Notes: generated from the letters alone by a model not told the origin. A stretch of DNA of 64,000 nucleotides from Octopus vulgaris (GCA_951406725.2 OX597815.1:147374001-147438000); one strand, 5' to 3'. Positions 41,901 to 54,864 are shown, counted from the stretch's first letter. Numbers and translations are program-made.

Positions 41901-42525
41901 GTTCATTATATCGCTATTTCTTCTAGCGACTATTTGATTATTGTCTAGTCTTAGGTATGCCATCTTTGGTGTAAAGTCTAATTTCAAACAATCTGTTATA
42001 ATGTGGGTTTTTGAGGCTGTCGGTTGGAATTTGCGAGTATATCAGGAAATCCATGTCCTCCTCCACACGGCTTGAACTACATCATTCAAATTAAAGGACC
42101 TCATGCGTAAAGTGATTTCGATGTTGTATCGGGGTGTGCCGCACCTCCGCTATTGTTCTCATCTTGCGTTTACTAACAACGAATTTCATGAACTTTACTC
42201 AACTGTGAATAACGATCATTCGGCTCGCCACTACTTTTCTTAAAGTTCACCACAAACTCTTACACTCGCTCCCGTTTTGTCTCGTGTAGAGTTTCATCTC
42301 CGTTCAGGATACAGTCAGATTCAAAAGTTTGAAATTTATCCTGGCAGAGAAACGGAAACAGCGCCCGCTTTCACTAAGGATGGAGTGATATATGATGGAA
42401 ATTTCAGTTATTGGCTGGGTTAATTCCAGCCAACAGGCAGCATACTTGTCTTTCAACATGAGTATCTTGAAGAAATATTGTGATTCCTACAACTGTGTGT
42501 CAAGTTGAGCGTTTTCTAGTTACAC

Positions 42526-42772
42526 CAGTGGCTCTCAACCATCTCTTGCATATAGAGCCCTCTCATAACTATTTTACTCTAATTGGACCTCCATAGCCAC
42601 TCGATGAATAAAAGAAAATCGTACAATAATTTGTTAATGAAATATTATTTGGAATTATATAAAAAAATATTTCGTGTATTGTAGAAGTATTAACAATTTA
42701 TAGCACGGAATTTAACAACAAAACCTTATATGAACTACCAGGGACCATATGAACTCTGGCTGAGAACCACAG
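42526..42772. mobile_element. hAT (Charlie-type) MITE
   Basis: TIRs CAGTGGCTCTCAACC / GGCTGAGAACCACAG; 8-bp TSD AGTTACAC / ATTTACAC (7 of 8 match). Confidence 0.85.
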
Positions 42773-43727
42773 ATTTACACAGACACCCACTATGCATTTA
42801 TATCTATATACTCATTCACGCACACACATACACACATGTATAATACTATTGATAGTTCATGCGTTTCATCTGTGGAAGTTTATGAGAACCGATTAACTTT
42901 GAGTAAGCCATCAACAAAATTTGGACGTAATTATCAACCGAACTTCAATAAATATTATAGGTGTTTATGCAATTGTATGGGTAAATGTAGTTAATGAAAT
43001 ATTATCTCAATTGACGAATTAAATACCGGTTTTGTTTGATGTGATTCTGGGACATTATCGCAGCAGATATGACTTAATGGCTATTATATATAATACAGTG
43101 TACTATCTGAAATAGTTGTATATTTCTCAGAAGTGTGTATATCAAAGAATGTCTCGCTATATCTAAATATGATTCACCTTCAAATGCTGCAACTCCCATA
43201 ATCAGAGTAGCTGCTACCACCGGAAGATACATAACATCCGTGTGTTGGAAATATTTATTTTATCTACGTCGCGAGAGTAGATTATTTATATACCAGCGTA
43301 TTATTTATATTCTAGAATATGTCGGGCTACTTCGGAAGAAAAATTTTGCCATCATGAACTATATCATCAGGAAATATGGCTATAGTTATGCTTTAACTTT
43401 TATCAATTATTTTACTGCTGATAAAAAATGATGAAAGGAATAAATATTGTCAGGAAGAATTATCATAGAATGAAATTAAATAAAACAAACTTGTTATTTG
43501 TTTAATTCCTCCCATAAGTACTTTGTCATTTATTTTCTCTCCTTTCCTGTCATTGTGATTCTTTCTCTCTTACTAATTGTGTATCGTGTAATTTAACTCA
43601 TTACCTGTCACGAAACCTAGCATGTGCAGTTACCTTGTACCTCTTCTGTTAACTCTATTTGTAGGTCTCTTCTAGTGCTCCCCTCTTCCCTGACTCTATA
43701 AGATGCAAAGCATGAATGGATACATTA

Positions 43728-43902
43728 ACAACCAGCCAACCAACAAACCAACCAAACAACCAGTCAACCTAACAACCAACCAGACAACCAGCCAACCAAC
43801 CTACCAACCAATCAACCAACCAAACAAACAAACAAACAACCAGTCAACCTACCAACCAACCAACCAAACAACCAACCAACCAAACAAACAAACAAACAAA
43901 CA
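43728..43902. repeat. Degenerate (CAAC/CAAA)n tetranucleotide repeat
   Basis: Direct reading. Confidence 0.9.
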
Positions 43903-44587
43903 ATATTTATATATGCTATATGGTCTCATATAATAGATCGTTATAAGAGCCATATTACTTACTGTTATTTCATTTATAGTTTTGTCGGTCTTGTACGTTA
44001 TAATTATAAGAACAAAGTATTTATATATATATTGCCTTGGACAGGATTATTTAACTCAATTTGACGCTGACAATATCAGTCTTGGGAACTGCACATACAC
44101 ACACTCACACACATACACAAACTTGCAATTGTGAAAGAATTTGTTCTCCGATAATCAGATGAAAACTGTGAACAAATGTTGGAGCGATAGATACAGTATA
44201 GCTTAGAGTGAACAGTTAATAGGGCGTTAACGAGTCAGAACATTCAGTATCTACTAAGACACACAGCACTCTGGAAATAACTTTTCAACTTTCCCAAGTC
44301 CTGTCGAGACGTCTTATGAAAACACTTATTTGGCAATGTGATGTATGGAATATATCAACAGATATGGTATGGCTTCTACAGCATCGCATTTGAATTTACG
44401 TCTGGTGGTTCTCATGTGACCTGTGGGATAAACAAGGAAAACCTCAACGATTACCCTATGTTCTCATTTTTACGGGGACGAAATGATAAAATATTCAAAC
44501 AAATGAATTATTCTCATTAATTCAGTATTTTTGAATAAGATTTTAGAATATTCTTTTAATATTTTATTATTTTTCGCTATTAGATTC

Positions 44588-44927
44588 TGGCCAAGCTGGA
44601 GCACCGCCTTGAAGCCTTTTAGTGGAAAGAATCGCCCCCAATATTTTTTTGAAAGCCTGATATATATTTTACCAATCTTTTAAACTGAACAACTAAGTTA
44701 CGGGGACGCAAACACACAACACCGGTTGTCAAATTTTGGTGGCAAACACAAACACACACACACACACACACATCTATGTAGGACGGGTTTCTTTCAGTTG
44801 CCGTCTACTAATTCCGTTCAAAAGGTTTTGGTCGGCTCGAGACTATTGAAGAAAGCATCTGCCGAAGGTGGCTAATAGTGCGGCTGAACCCAGGATAATG
44901 TGGTTTGGAAGCAAACGTGTTACCACT
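44588..44927 (-). mobile_element. Decayed SINE family A
   Basis: GCTGGAGCACCGCCTT..ACACCGGTTGTCAA..GACGGGTTTCTTTCAG. Confidence 0.8.
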
Positions 44928-45069
44928 TGATGTTGTGGGGAATATTACAACATTAAGGAAAAACATGATACCAAAGTGGAATTCATATTCAAATAAATGT
45001 AAATATAAATGTGAATCATATCAGTCATATCTCAAAATCGCAAGTATTTTGAATGTCATCATACCTATT

Positions 45070-45420
45070 ACGTGTTACAATCACTTGACTGCGGCCATGC
45101 CGGGTCACCGTCTTGAAGGTTTAGCCGAACAATTCAACCCCAGCACTAACTTCTAAAGTTTGTACTTATTCTATCGATCTCTTTACCAAACCGCTGCGTT
45201 GCAGATACGTAACCTAACCAAGAATGATTTTCATATGGAAGAGTGGAATCAAACACCTCGACATACACATAAATGCACGCACATACATGTACGATGTAAT
45301 ACCACGATGTTTCTATCTACCAAATTCCCCTACAAAGCATTAGTCATCCCGGATCTAAAGTAGAAGGCTCATATCGAGGGTGCTACGCAGTGGTATACAA
45401 CCGATTCGACGTGGCTGCAA
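45070..45420 (-). mobile_element. Strongly decayed SINE family A
   Basis: GACTGCGGCCATGC..TACTTATTCTATCG..TCTACCAAATTC..GTGCTACGCAGTGG. Confidence 0.7.
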
Positions 45421-46069
45421 TGACAAACTTTTGAACAAAACTTTTGGAATTCGTTGCTGTGTTCAAATATTTACACTCCAAAGTGTTGTACATATTTCTT
45501 GATTACAGTTAATCATTTAAAATGGTGTTTATCCACTTCAGCAGTAATCTAGAATTCATTATAATTATTTGACTTTGATTCAAAATTCAATTGTATTGTA
45601 ATGCAATTAAAATTGTGCTTTAATTTATTGTGTGTCCTTATAATGGAGGTAACATGCTAAACAACCAGCAACGCTTAATTTCTCAAAACTTCCTACATCA
45701 TGTTTGTCCTACTTTTACATTTGTAATGGTGACTCTAATGTCTCATTTCATTTGAGCTTTTGTCCCATATTCTTACTGTCTAAATGGCTTAATCTGTAGG
45801 GACGGGACTAGTATTCATTTTGTTTGCAAGGGCCTGTCTATTGGTGGTGAAATCAAGAGTAAAGTATCATGAATAATGAATAAACTATATTGCAGTATGT
45901 CCAGTTACCTTTAGAATGGACATATGGTACAGAAGGGTGCATCCTACTCTACTCCCTTCAATACTCTTCGTTTAGGTTTGGAGATTATACTGGTTCACGA
46001 GTGATTTCTGCCTTCCAAAATTGCGAGAACTGTAATGACAATTCTATTGTATTTATCTACGTTGAGAAA

Positions 46070-46145
46070 AGAAGACATTTTGTGAAGCTGTTGAAGAGCA
46101 CTGGACCCCTCAAACCCAAGCTGTTGCAGTATCTGGTCCTAATTT
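46070..46145 (-). mobile_element. Tiny CR1-group LINE C-terminal fragment
   Basis: Minus-strand translation IRTRYCNSLGLRGPVLFNSF aligns with FRTSFCNSLGFKGPQLFNIL of the 18-21-kb LINE. Confidence 0.7.
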
Positions 46146-46517
46146 AACAGCACGCTGAAAAAGTACTCAGTAAGTTTTAATAGAATACAAATGTATTAAA
46201 AAATGAAGAGCCGAAACTTTGAAGTCACAACTAATCTGTTCCTTGCATAATTTAATGAATAACAGAGACAGCAATGCGCCAGCCCTTATGCCAGATGGCA
46301 TAGATTTACGTCATCGTTCACTTTCTGAACAGAAACCCTACTAATATTAAGGTAAACTGTTGTCTCTCATCTCTCCATGGTTCGGCAATAAAAGTCCCAG
46401 TTACGTTTTATAAACCAGCTTCAACTAACAGACCATTGCCTCAATACTTTTGGCCTTATGCCAGTACTAGAAATCAAAATCAATATCCAGAAATCTATAT
46501 TAAATACAGTATAGAAT

Positions 46518-46570
<53 letters not shown>

Positions 46571-46608
46571 GGTGGTGGTGGTGGTGGTGGTGGTGGTGGT
46601 AGTAGTAA

Positions 46609-46685
<77 letters not shown>

Positions 46686-46686
46686 A
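46518..46686. repeat. (TAG)n/(TGG)n microsatellite
   Basis: Direct reading. Confidence 0.95.
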
Positions 46687-47243
46687 CACACAGAGACAGT
46701 CAAACGCGCGCGCACACGCACACACATATATTTCAAGTAGTATACAGTCTGTGAGTAATAAAACAGTGTTGTTTATAGCAGAATTATTCTCTTAATGTCA
46801 TTCCGATGTAGTCTTTTATGACATGCCAGTCATAATAGCATTCAATAAAATATTCGAAATTTAACAGTTTTATTACATAGAAACGCATCAGTTGCTGAAC
46901 ACAGCTACAGACCATCGAAACATTATGAGGGGTGTTTATATTATTTAGCGTATTGAGTGTGTGATACATTCTAATACGTATTCACAGCTAAGAGGACTAC
47001 CGAAAGGAAATTTAAAATATGACATTGGTCACATTGATGTTTATTAACAACAATAGATGTTCAAAGTTTAAAATGAAATTGTATTTAGGAAAGCAATTTT
47101 ATACGACGCCGATTGTGTTTGATTATATTTCGGGGAGAATTGTAATTGTAAAGTATAATTTGAAATGATTTAAATAAATAGCGTTATCATTTATTTCAAA
47201 TTGTCTACTGGCCAATAAGATAACACCTACGAAATAAAATTGT

Positions 47244-47286
<43 letters not shown>

Positions 47287-47806
47287 GTGAAATCGAAGGT
47301 TAAAAGTTCAACATTTACAATCGAATATAAAAATTAATGACAAAATTGGGACATATATATGGAATGTATTATCTTGACGCTTCGTTAAGGTGGAAAAAGA
47401 GTGGGTTTTTAACGCTCTGCGCTTAGATCTTCGTCAGAACTAGAAGGAAACAAATCCAGAGAAAGAAAAATTTCAGGAGGAGCAAGTCCGTGCCGCAAGT
47501 GGACAGAAGAGAAACGGTGTTTATTGATATAGAAGAGTGCGAAGATTGCCACTGTGAGTGTGTGGTAGTATCTCTATACGTGAGTGTTTGTGCTTACGTG
47601 AGTGATTTAAGGGTGTCAGTCGGCGAATAGGTTAGTGGCCGGCATTCAATTCGATGGTGATATCCGAGAGACGAGGGGAGGAGAGCGTCAGTGCATGGTT
47701 GATGGTGTGTGCGTATGTGTGAGGTGTTTACATTGATGCATATACGCATGAGTGCGTGCGGCAGTGTATGTATGTGTATGATTGCGTGAATGTGTGTATG
47801 TGTGTG

Positions 47807-47841
<35 letters not shown>

Positions 47842-47924
47842 GCATGTGCGAATTTGTGTGTACGAGTTTGTGTGTATTATGTGTGAGTGTGTATTACGTG
47901 GAAGTAGAAACTTATATATATCTA

Positions 47925-48535
47925 CCTTGTTCCCGTCATTTGAATGCGGCCATGCTGGGGCTCCACCTTGAAATGTTTTAGTCGAACGAATCGACACTAG
48001 GATTTATTATGATTGTAAAGCCTGGTGTTTCTATAGGTGTATTCTGCCGAACCACCAAGTTCCTGAGACGCAAACACACCAACACCGGTTGACAAGCGGT
48101 GGTGGTGTTGGTGGTGAACACACACACACAAATACACAGGCTCTCATACGCACACACACACACACACACACACATATATCATCATCATCATCATCATCGT
48201 TTAGCGTCCGTTTTCCATGCTAGCATGGGTTGGACGGTTCAACTGGGGTCTGTGAAGCCAGAAGGCTTCATCAGGCCCAGTCAGATCTGGCAGTGTTTCT
48301 ACGGCTGGATGCCCTTCCTAACGCCAACCACTCCGTGAGTGTAGAGGGTGCTTTTTACGTGCCACCCGCACAGGTGCCAGACAGAGCTGGCAAACGGCCA
48401 CGAACGGATGGTGCTTTTTATGTGCCACCGGCACGAGGCCAGTCGGGGCGGCGCTGGCAACGGTCGCGAACGGATGGTTCTCTTACATGCCACCGGCACT
48501 GGTAACACATCTGCAATTTCCATTGATCGATTTCG

Positions 48536-48578
<43 letters not shown>

Positions 48579-48650
48579 TTCTTTCAGTTTCATTCTCCCA
48601 AATCTACTCACAAGGCTTTGGTCAGCCCGAGGCTATAGAAGAAGTCACTT
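47925..48650 (-). mobile_element. SINE family A split by the 48178-48537 insert
   Basis: 3' half at 47925-48120; TTCTTTCAG..CTCACAAGGCTTTGGTC.GCCCGAGGCTATAG at 48578-48650. Confidence 0.75.
48178..48537 (-). mobile_element. RTE-tailed non-autonomous element/SINE with a (GAT)n tail and ~60-bp internal tandem units
   Basis: ACGGCTGGATGCCCTTCCTAACGCCAACC is a motif common in RTE-related SINEs. GGTGCTTTT.A.GTGCCACC.GCAC occurs three times; (CAT)n end. Confidence 0.7.
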
Positions 48651-48669
48651 GTGTGTGTGTGTGTGTAGA

Positions 48670-48828
48670 CGCAGGTGTGGCAGTGTAGTAAAAAATTGCT
48701 TCCCAATCACATGCTTCCGGGTTCAGTTCCACTGCGTAGCTTCTTGGGCAAGTGACTTATTCTATAGCATCGGGTGACCGAAGCCTTGTGAGTAGATATG
48801 GGAGGATGAAACTGAAAGAAGCCCATCG
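48670..48828 (+). mobile_element. SINE family A, 5' half
   Basis: GCAGGTGTGGCAGTG..CCGGGTTCAG..CTTGGGCAAGTG..GAAAGAAGCCCATCG(TA)n. Confidence 0.85.
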
Positions 48829-48961
48829 TATATATATATATATATATATTAGTAAAAGGAATTCCAACTTTGTCTGATTTTCACGTTTTATTTACAATCT
48901 TATAATGATATAATTTAATAAAATAAAATAAAATAATAGAATGTTAAATTTTCATGCTGAT

Positions 48962-49006
48962 TGAACTAGTACTTTCATGCATTAAATTCTGCAATCTTCA
49001 GGTTCA
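48962..49006 (-). ncRNA. Type-I minimal hammerhead ribozyme of the Penelope element
   Basis: UGAAC-CUGAAGA-U-UGCA(gaauuuaa)UGCA-U-GAAA-GUAC-UA-GUUCA. Perfect stem I and a palindromic AGUACU helix III. Confidence 0.88.
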
Positions 49007-49415
49007 TGTAGTAGTGGTGACAGTCATGCTTCACAATTTTTGACTGTAGCGAGATGATTAAATCTGTGCATTAAATACAGCTGTGTAGACTCCAGATTGC
49101 TAGGTTTTGCAAACTGTGTTCTGACCAATCAGTGTGTAGTATCACTCAATTACTTAAGCTGATTGGTTGGTTGTGCTGATTGGTTTAGGCGTCACGCTTT
49201 GTTGAACATGTCAAGGGTCTTGTATCTTAACCCTGGCAGCAATTGTTGGGCTATTTTTAGAAATGTTGTAAATAGCCTTTGTCAGGGATTTTTATATTTC
49301 AATTGTCCTCATCATCATTGTCAGAACCTTAATTATTGTTACTAGTGGTGATGGTGGTGGCAATAGGACTTTTAACCCTAAATAAGATCATTTTCCTGCT
49401 ATCTAAGAATTATTA

Positions 49416-50120
49416 TTATTGCTTATTTAGCTTGGGGTCGAATTTATCAATAAAATTCTTTTCTTTGATTTTCCTCTCGATTTCACTTGGGCTGTGTAAT
49501 TTGTAGAAGGGAAATATTATATATATTTTCCGACCACATGTTGCTAGGTGGTTACTCAAAGGTATCTGACGGACCTCTGGGTCTCTACTCTGTTGTCGAT
49601 GTACACGTGAGCGTTCTGATAGTGCATTTCCCGTCTGACCTACATATATTTTTTCACAATTTGGGCATTTGATGCAGTAAATTAAATTTTTGCAGTTCAT
49701 ATTCGCGTTTGTGAATATTTTCCCGGTTTTTGTGTTTATATATTGGCCGGTATGTATGAATTGGCATGTGCCACATCGGCTATCATTGCATTTAGATACA
49801 GTGAATGTTTGGTCTTTGTTGCTAAGGTCAAATTTTGCCTTTGTTAGTAATTTTTTCAAGTTTTTAGGCTGTCTTTTACTAAGAACCATAGCTCGATCCG
49901 TGATTATGTCTTTTAGTTTATTACTTTGAGCAATGATTGGTAGGTTTGCTTTGGCAGTGTTGCAGATATTCTGGTGACATGGGTTGTGTGTCACTATGAA
50001 TGGTATGACTTGTTCTTGTTTTCCTCTTCCTTGGGTTGTCCTAAGTTGTTGTATGGGTATTTTTATAGCCCGCTGTATGCCATTTTCTATAAGTAGCGAT
50101 GGGTATTTTTGTTTGAGCAA
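49416..50120 (-). CDS. Penelope-like RT-thumb/linker + GIY-YIG endonuclease (C-terminal fragment, open frame)
   Basis: LKQKYP, IPFIVTHNP, KRQPKNLKKLL, Cys linker CNDSRCGTC, NLIYCIKCPNCEKIYVGQTG..RSRVHR, ERKIKEKNFIDKFDPKLN. Confidence 0.9.
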   Translation of the reverse strand: MLKQKYPSLLIENGIQRAIKIPIQQLRTTQGRGKQEQVIPFIVTHNPCHQNICNTAKANLPIIAQSNKLKDIITDRAMVLSKRQPKNLKKLLTKAKFDLSNKDQTFTVSKCNDSRCGTCQFIHTGQYINTKTGKIFTNANMNCKNLIYCIKCPNCEKIYVGQTGNALSERSRVHRQQSRDPEVRQIPLSNHLATCGRKIYIIFPFYKLHSPSEIERKIKEKNFIDKFDPKLNKQ

Positions 50121-50165
50121 AAATTCTCTTAGTTCTGTTAGGCGTTGTTCTAATGGGATACTTAG

Positions 50166-50718
50166 ATTGAATCACCCCAGAGAGCACTCACTAAACGAAT
50201 TGAAGGCATGGCTGCTCTCGATTATTGGGATCGCCTTAAAGCCTTGAAACTCTACACTCTCCAGCGTCGCCGTGAGCGGTACATCATTTGTACGATGTGG
50301 AGAATATACCGCCAACTTTTCCCAAACGACCTGAACATTAGCTTCAAGGTTCATCCAAGACTGGGACCACGGGCCATACGTCCCCTGCCCAATTCAAGAT
50401 CACAGCATACATGTACACTACAACATAATTTCTTTTCGTCAACAGCCCTGCCCTATTTAACATTGTCCCGAAAGAGATCAAAGAGGAACATGATCCCATC
50501 AACTTTAAACGGAGTCTGGATAGATTCCTTCGAGGAATACCAGACAAGCCACCCATAATTGGATACAACTCACCCAACAAAAACTCACTACTTGAATGGA
50601 CCATAAACAAAACTTGACTTAAACAAGATTCAAATAATCCTATCAGGTGGTGCTATTAAGTTAGACATGGCCTGGACCAATCTTTGGTCGAAACATATCT
50701 AAGTTTTTTATCTAAGTT
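50166..50718 (+). mobile_element. 3' fragment of a second CR1-group LINE family
   Basis: IESPQRALTKRIEGMAALDYWDRLKALKLYTLQRRRERY..IPDKP; 3' hairpin GACCAA-TCT-TTGGTC-GAAAC; (TA)n follows. Confidence 0.88.
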
Positions 50719-50745
50719 TATATAGATATATATATGTATGCATAC

Positions 50746-50776
<31 letters not shown>

Positions 50777-50796
50777 GATATATATGTATATATATA

Positions 50797-50831
<35 letters not shown>

Positions 50832-50836
50832 AATAT

Positions 50837-50892
<56 letters not shown>

Positions 50893-51075
50893 TTATTATA
50901 CATATTTACTACTATCCAAAACGGTCTTAATATCCAATGCTACTATCAATAATATTGGTACTTGATTTTCATCTTGAAAATACACTCAGCGGGAAAATCA
51001 TTACTAGAGTCATATTAACAGTGCTGGTAACTTTATCATTAACAGGATGTTTGTGAAACAGAGAAATAAAAGAGG

Positions 51076-51118
51076 GTGTTAACTGTTTCAGACCTATTTA
51101 GGTTCTTCATCGAATCAC
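51076..51118 (-). ncRNA. Decayed hammerhead-like motif
   Basis: GUGAU-UCGAUGA-AGA-ACCUA(aa)UAGGU-CU-GAAAC-a-GUU-AACAC. The core deviates at two positions. Confidence 0.35.
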
Positions 51119-51786
51119 ACAGAAAAAACCTAATTTAGTACATTAAAGAAAACTATCTGTATTACGTGTATAGTTTATAAAGTCAATACTAATATCGAGA
51201 GATGGTGTGGAACTGTTTCGCGAGTGCCGAGAGAAAATGAACTGGTCTGCATTGGAAGCACACAACACACCTGCAGATAGTTAAGATTGCTAGTGGAATA
51301 TTCCAGTAAAAGAAAATGAATACGAACAAAGAGAAAGAGAGTGAGTAGAAGCCAGATACCGTTGTAGAGAAGAGCTGCAAAGCCAAGTTAATTGTCTCGT
51401 AAATTATTGGGAAAAGAATAACATTCATGGAAAACTCATAAAAAACTGGTTCCTTTTATGTTCCGGTTTTTGATTTATGCTTGACCCTATTACTTTAAGT
51501 TCATTGGGGTATATAACAACAAATTTGTACACATACCTCGAAAGAAGGCTTCTAACAAAATATCAAATTCAAACTGAAGCACACCCTCTAAATGCAAATT
51601 ATCGGTGATAAACTGAAAATTTTAAAATATGCAAATGATTCTCAACCGGAGGTTTCTATAGCCTGACAGAGGCAAACCATCATATACACGAATGTCATAC
51701 ATATATACAATACAATACTATATATACAATGCATACAATACAGGCAAAAAAATAGCGGACACATATGTATGTATATATATATATAT

Positions 51787-51827
51787 ACTAGCTTTATGAC
51801 CTGTCTTTGCCGGGTCATAGTGCTAGT
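51787..51827. repeat. Hairpin bounded by CTAG on both sides, Helitron-terminus-like
   Basis: ACTAGC..TATGACC.G..C.GGTCATA..GCTAGT next to (TA)n. Confidence 0.4.
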
Positions 51828-52115
51828 GCATGTATAGAAAAATAGAAATTCTTATAAAATTGCATCAAGGATTTGAACTTGAATAAGTGGTTTCACATGA
51901 ATGGGAATAAATTAAAAATATAATTAGCGTGCAGAAATGGAATAGTCCTATAATTCCAGTCTGTTATATATTTTCAGTATTGTTATCACTAGCGATATCA
52001 AGATATAACTTTGTATTTTGTATGTTACGTGTAGATGTATATATATAGACGTACTTGTAATATGTACACATATATATAAATAAATAAATATATATGTACA
52101 CACATATATATATAA

Positions 52116-52166
<51 letters not shown>

Positions 52167-52829
52167 AGCATATGCGTTTGTGCATAAGTAAAGAGGTGTT
52201 TATACTTATTCAAAACATACATCTATTCTAAACACCGGAACGTGACGGGTAATCGCTGTCGGATATTTTTTCAATGAAGCGTTTAAGGTTCCGGTATACA
52301 GAAGCGTGTTACATGAACAATGTAATGAATATACATATATATGTATGTATGTGTGTGTGTGCGTGTGTGTGTGTCTGTCCGTCTGTGTGTGTGTACAATA
52401 ATAATAATAATAATAATAATTGATGAAGGAAACGGAAGGTAGATTTGGCACTAGACGTTATTCAGTACAATGAACGTTTCCAGTCGTCCTGAAACTGTCC
52501 CATGTGGGTAGGATTGTGAGCATCTAATTGTTTTGCAGTAATCTGTGCAGTTTGTGTCACATCAGGTACATGTATAACGAAGTGTATGACGTCCTAGATA
52601 TAACGAGATGTCCTATGTGTTATTTGTGCCAGCTCTATCTTGGTTATGACTCGCTAACAGCTGTCCATGGGTTTATAACGTAAAATTTAATATACCCCAA
52701 CCGTGGATGGCACCAGATTGTCCAAACTGTAGTCGTATTTTACTCAACACACTGATTGACATATACCCATTAGTTCTCCTCATAAAAAGATATTCATACA
52801 TGTATATAATGGGCTCACATAATTCCAGG

Positions 52830-53205
52830 TCATTCATTCAATTAACAAATCCATCATCCATAAACAGTTTCCTGATATCTGGAGCGTTAAACAATCCTGC
52901 TTTGAGTTTTTCGGTGCTAAGTCCTGGAAACGATTTACATATATACTCAAAGCATTTACTTTCTTTGTCGAGTGATTTTACATACTGTTTCAATAATCCC
53001 AATTTGATATGTAAGGGAGCGAAGATGATTCTTTTAAGGAACTAGCACTGCACTGATAACGTTCTTTTCACTGACCTTCAACTCTCATGGTGGCCGATCT
53101 TTCCCTTTCCAGCGCCCCTCTTTTGTTCTACTGTCCCACATACACCAAAACAAAAATTGGAATTTCATATAGCCACTTTGTTGACAAAGCAGGAAATTTA
53201 CCATT
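52830..53205 (-). pseudogene. DNA transposase remnant, probably Chapaev3 (CMC) type; not shown in the ORF track
   Basis: Minus-strand manual translation gives VNFLLCQQSGY..CMWDSR and IIFAPLHIKLGLLKQYVKSLDKESKCFEYICKSFPGLSTEKLKAGLFNAPDIRKLF. The family assignment is from recalled motifs. Confidence 0.7.
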
Positions 53206-53243
53206 TGAAATATAGGTACAACAGAAACAGGAAGAAAGCTTGA

Positions 53244-53549
53244 GAGAAAGTTATGGTAAAAGAATAGAGCAGGTTATATCATGTATACATGTACATATTA
53301 GAACAAAAACATATTCATAAAGTTATATGCTGATAACTGTACACCCGAACAACAAGCTTCCTTCCCAAGTATATGGATCTGGATTCAGTCACAAATTATG
53401 AGAAAGTTATGGTAAAAGAATAGAGCAGGTTATATCATGTATACATGTACATATTAGAACATAAACATATTCATAAAGTTATATGCTGATAACTGTACAC
53501 CCGAACAACAAGCTTCCTTCCCAAGTATATGGATCTGGATTCAGTCACA
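53244..53549. repeat. Recent tandem duplication, ~150 bp x 2 (period 156)
   Basis: The copies differ at one position that I can see and are separated by a short AT filler. Confidence 0.95.
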
Positions 53550-54864
53550 CTGTAAACAGAGTACAATTCTCTGTTAAAATTTTCTGATTGTCCTTTGAAG
53601 GAATACTCGAGACATATTCCTGGCAGCACGGTCTTTGAATTACCGTGTGTGTATTGATGTAGTCTGCGCTTGTTTTGTGTGTGTGCGTGGGATGGGTGGG
53701 TGAGAGTATGTGTGTGTTTTGTGTTATTACATGTGTGTGCTAACTATATTCCTATTATTACTGTTAATTAGATTTCAGTAATATTACAGATATCAATACA
53801 CTTGATTTTAATAACTGATATATGTTTCTTTTTCGCTTTTCTCGTATTTATTGACGCTTTGCTAAATCCTTTACATATTTCCAGTAATAGAAACACCTTT
53901 AAGTAGCACTCTGATAGGCTAATCACCGCTGTAGAGCTGTTTCAGAGCTATAATTGGTATATTTAATTATTTACGGAAGAATATATAATCTGCGATTATA
54001 TGAAGAAATATAATGAGTATGTGTGATATTCCAGTGCTAAATTAGTCTAAATTTACAATGCTTCCACACTTTAAGTATTATAATTAAACTCATGATTTAA
54101 CTGGCAGTGTATTAAGCTAACTGAGCGCTTAATTTACCGTGTGCATTTTTGTCCGTTGTCGCTGCCTTTAATTATATGTTTACGTGATCACACTTCTCAA
54201 AGTGAAACAAAATATTTTCTCTTTAGAAGACATTTTGTACAAATGATGTTGAATTATTATCCTAAAGAGAAACCAGCAAGATATTTGCGAAATTTCATAG
54301 TAAACTACTTCCGTTTTATTGAGCATATGTTAGAAAAGACGGTAGGGACGGCAACATAACAGTCGGTATCACAATCATTCTCGCTTGGAAGCGCTAAGTT
54401 TCTAATGAAGAAGGTAAACTGAAAAGATAATTTCTGCACTGCTTCATCTGACATGTCAATGGCAGACCTTGGCAACGTTGTCTATCAGTCGATGAATTGG
54501 AACCTTACAATTTACAAGTTACTCTGGGACATGTTTGCAACAGAACCCCTCGTATATATTTTGAAGCATCATGGACTTTGAAATTAAATTTCAGCTCAGT
54601 GAGGTCGAAATAGAGATATGTGCTAAAGTGACCCAATCAAGGTGAAATAGCTTTTCAGTGCATCTCATATTCCTTGACATTCTTAACTGCCTGGCCAATT
54701 TGTTTGCGAGAATAAATAGCATTTAATGGATTTACTGTGACATAAAAACTATCTATAGATGTAATTCTATGTGTGAGGCTTTGTAATGGAAGACACGAAA
54801 AACTGAACTCCTGAGCGACCAAAAATAAACGTTTGAAAATATTTCCAGTAGTGAAATATATCTT

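Larger units (their letters stand above)
48850..50155 (-). mobile_element. 5'-truncated Penelope-like element (Neptune-like) with 3' non-coding region
   Basis: GIY-YIG ORF end plus a hammerhead ~410 nt downstream on the same strand; ends at (TA)n. Confidence 0.9.

Noticed and set aside
52455-52510. Minus-strand CAGT..ACTG-GAAACGTT
   Set aside because: The 5' core is unrecognisable, so the motif is too degenerate to call.
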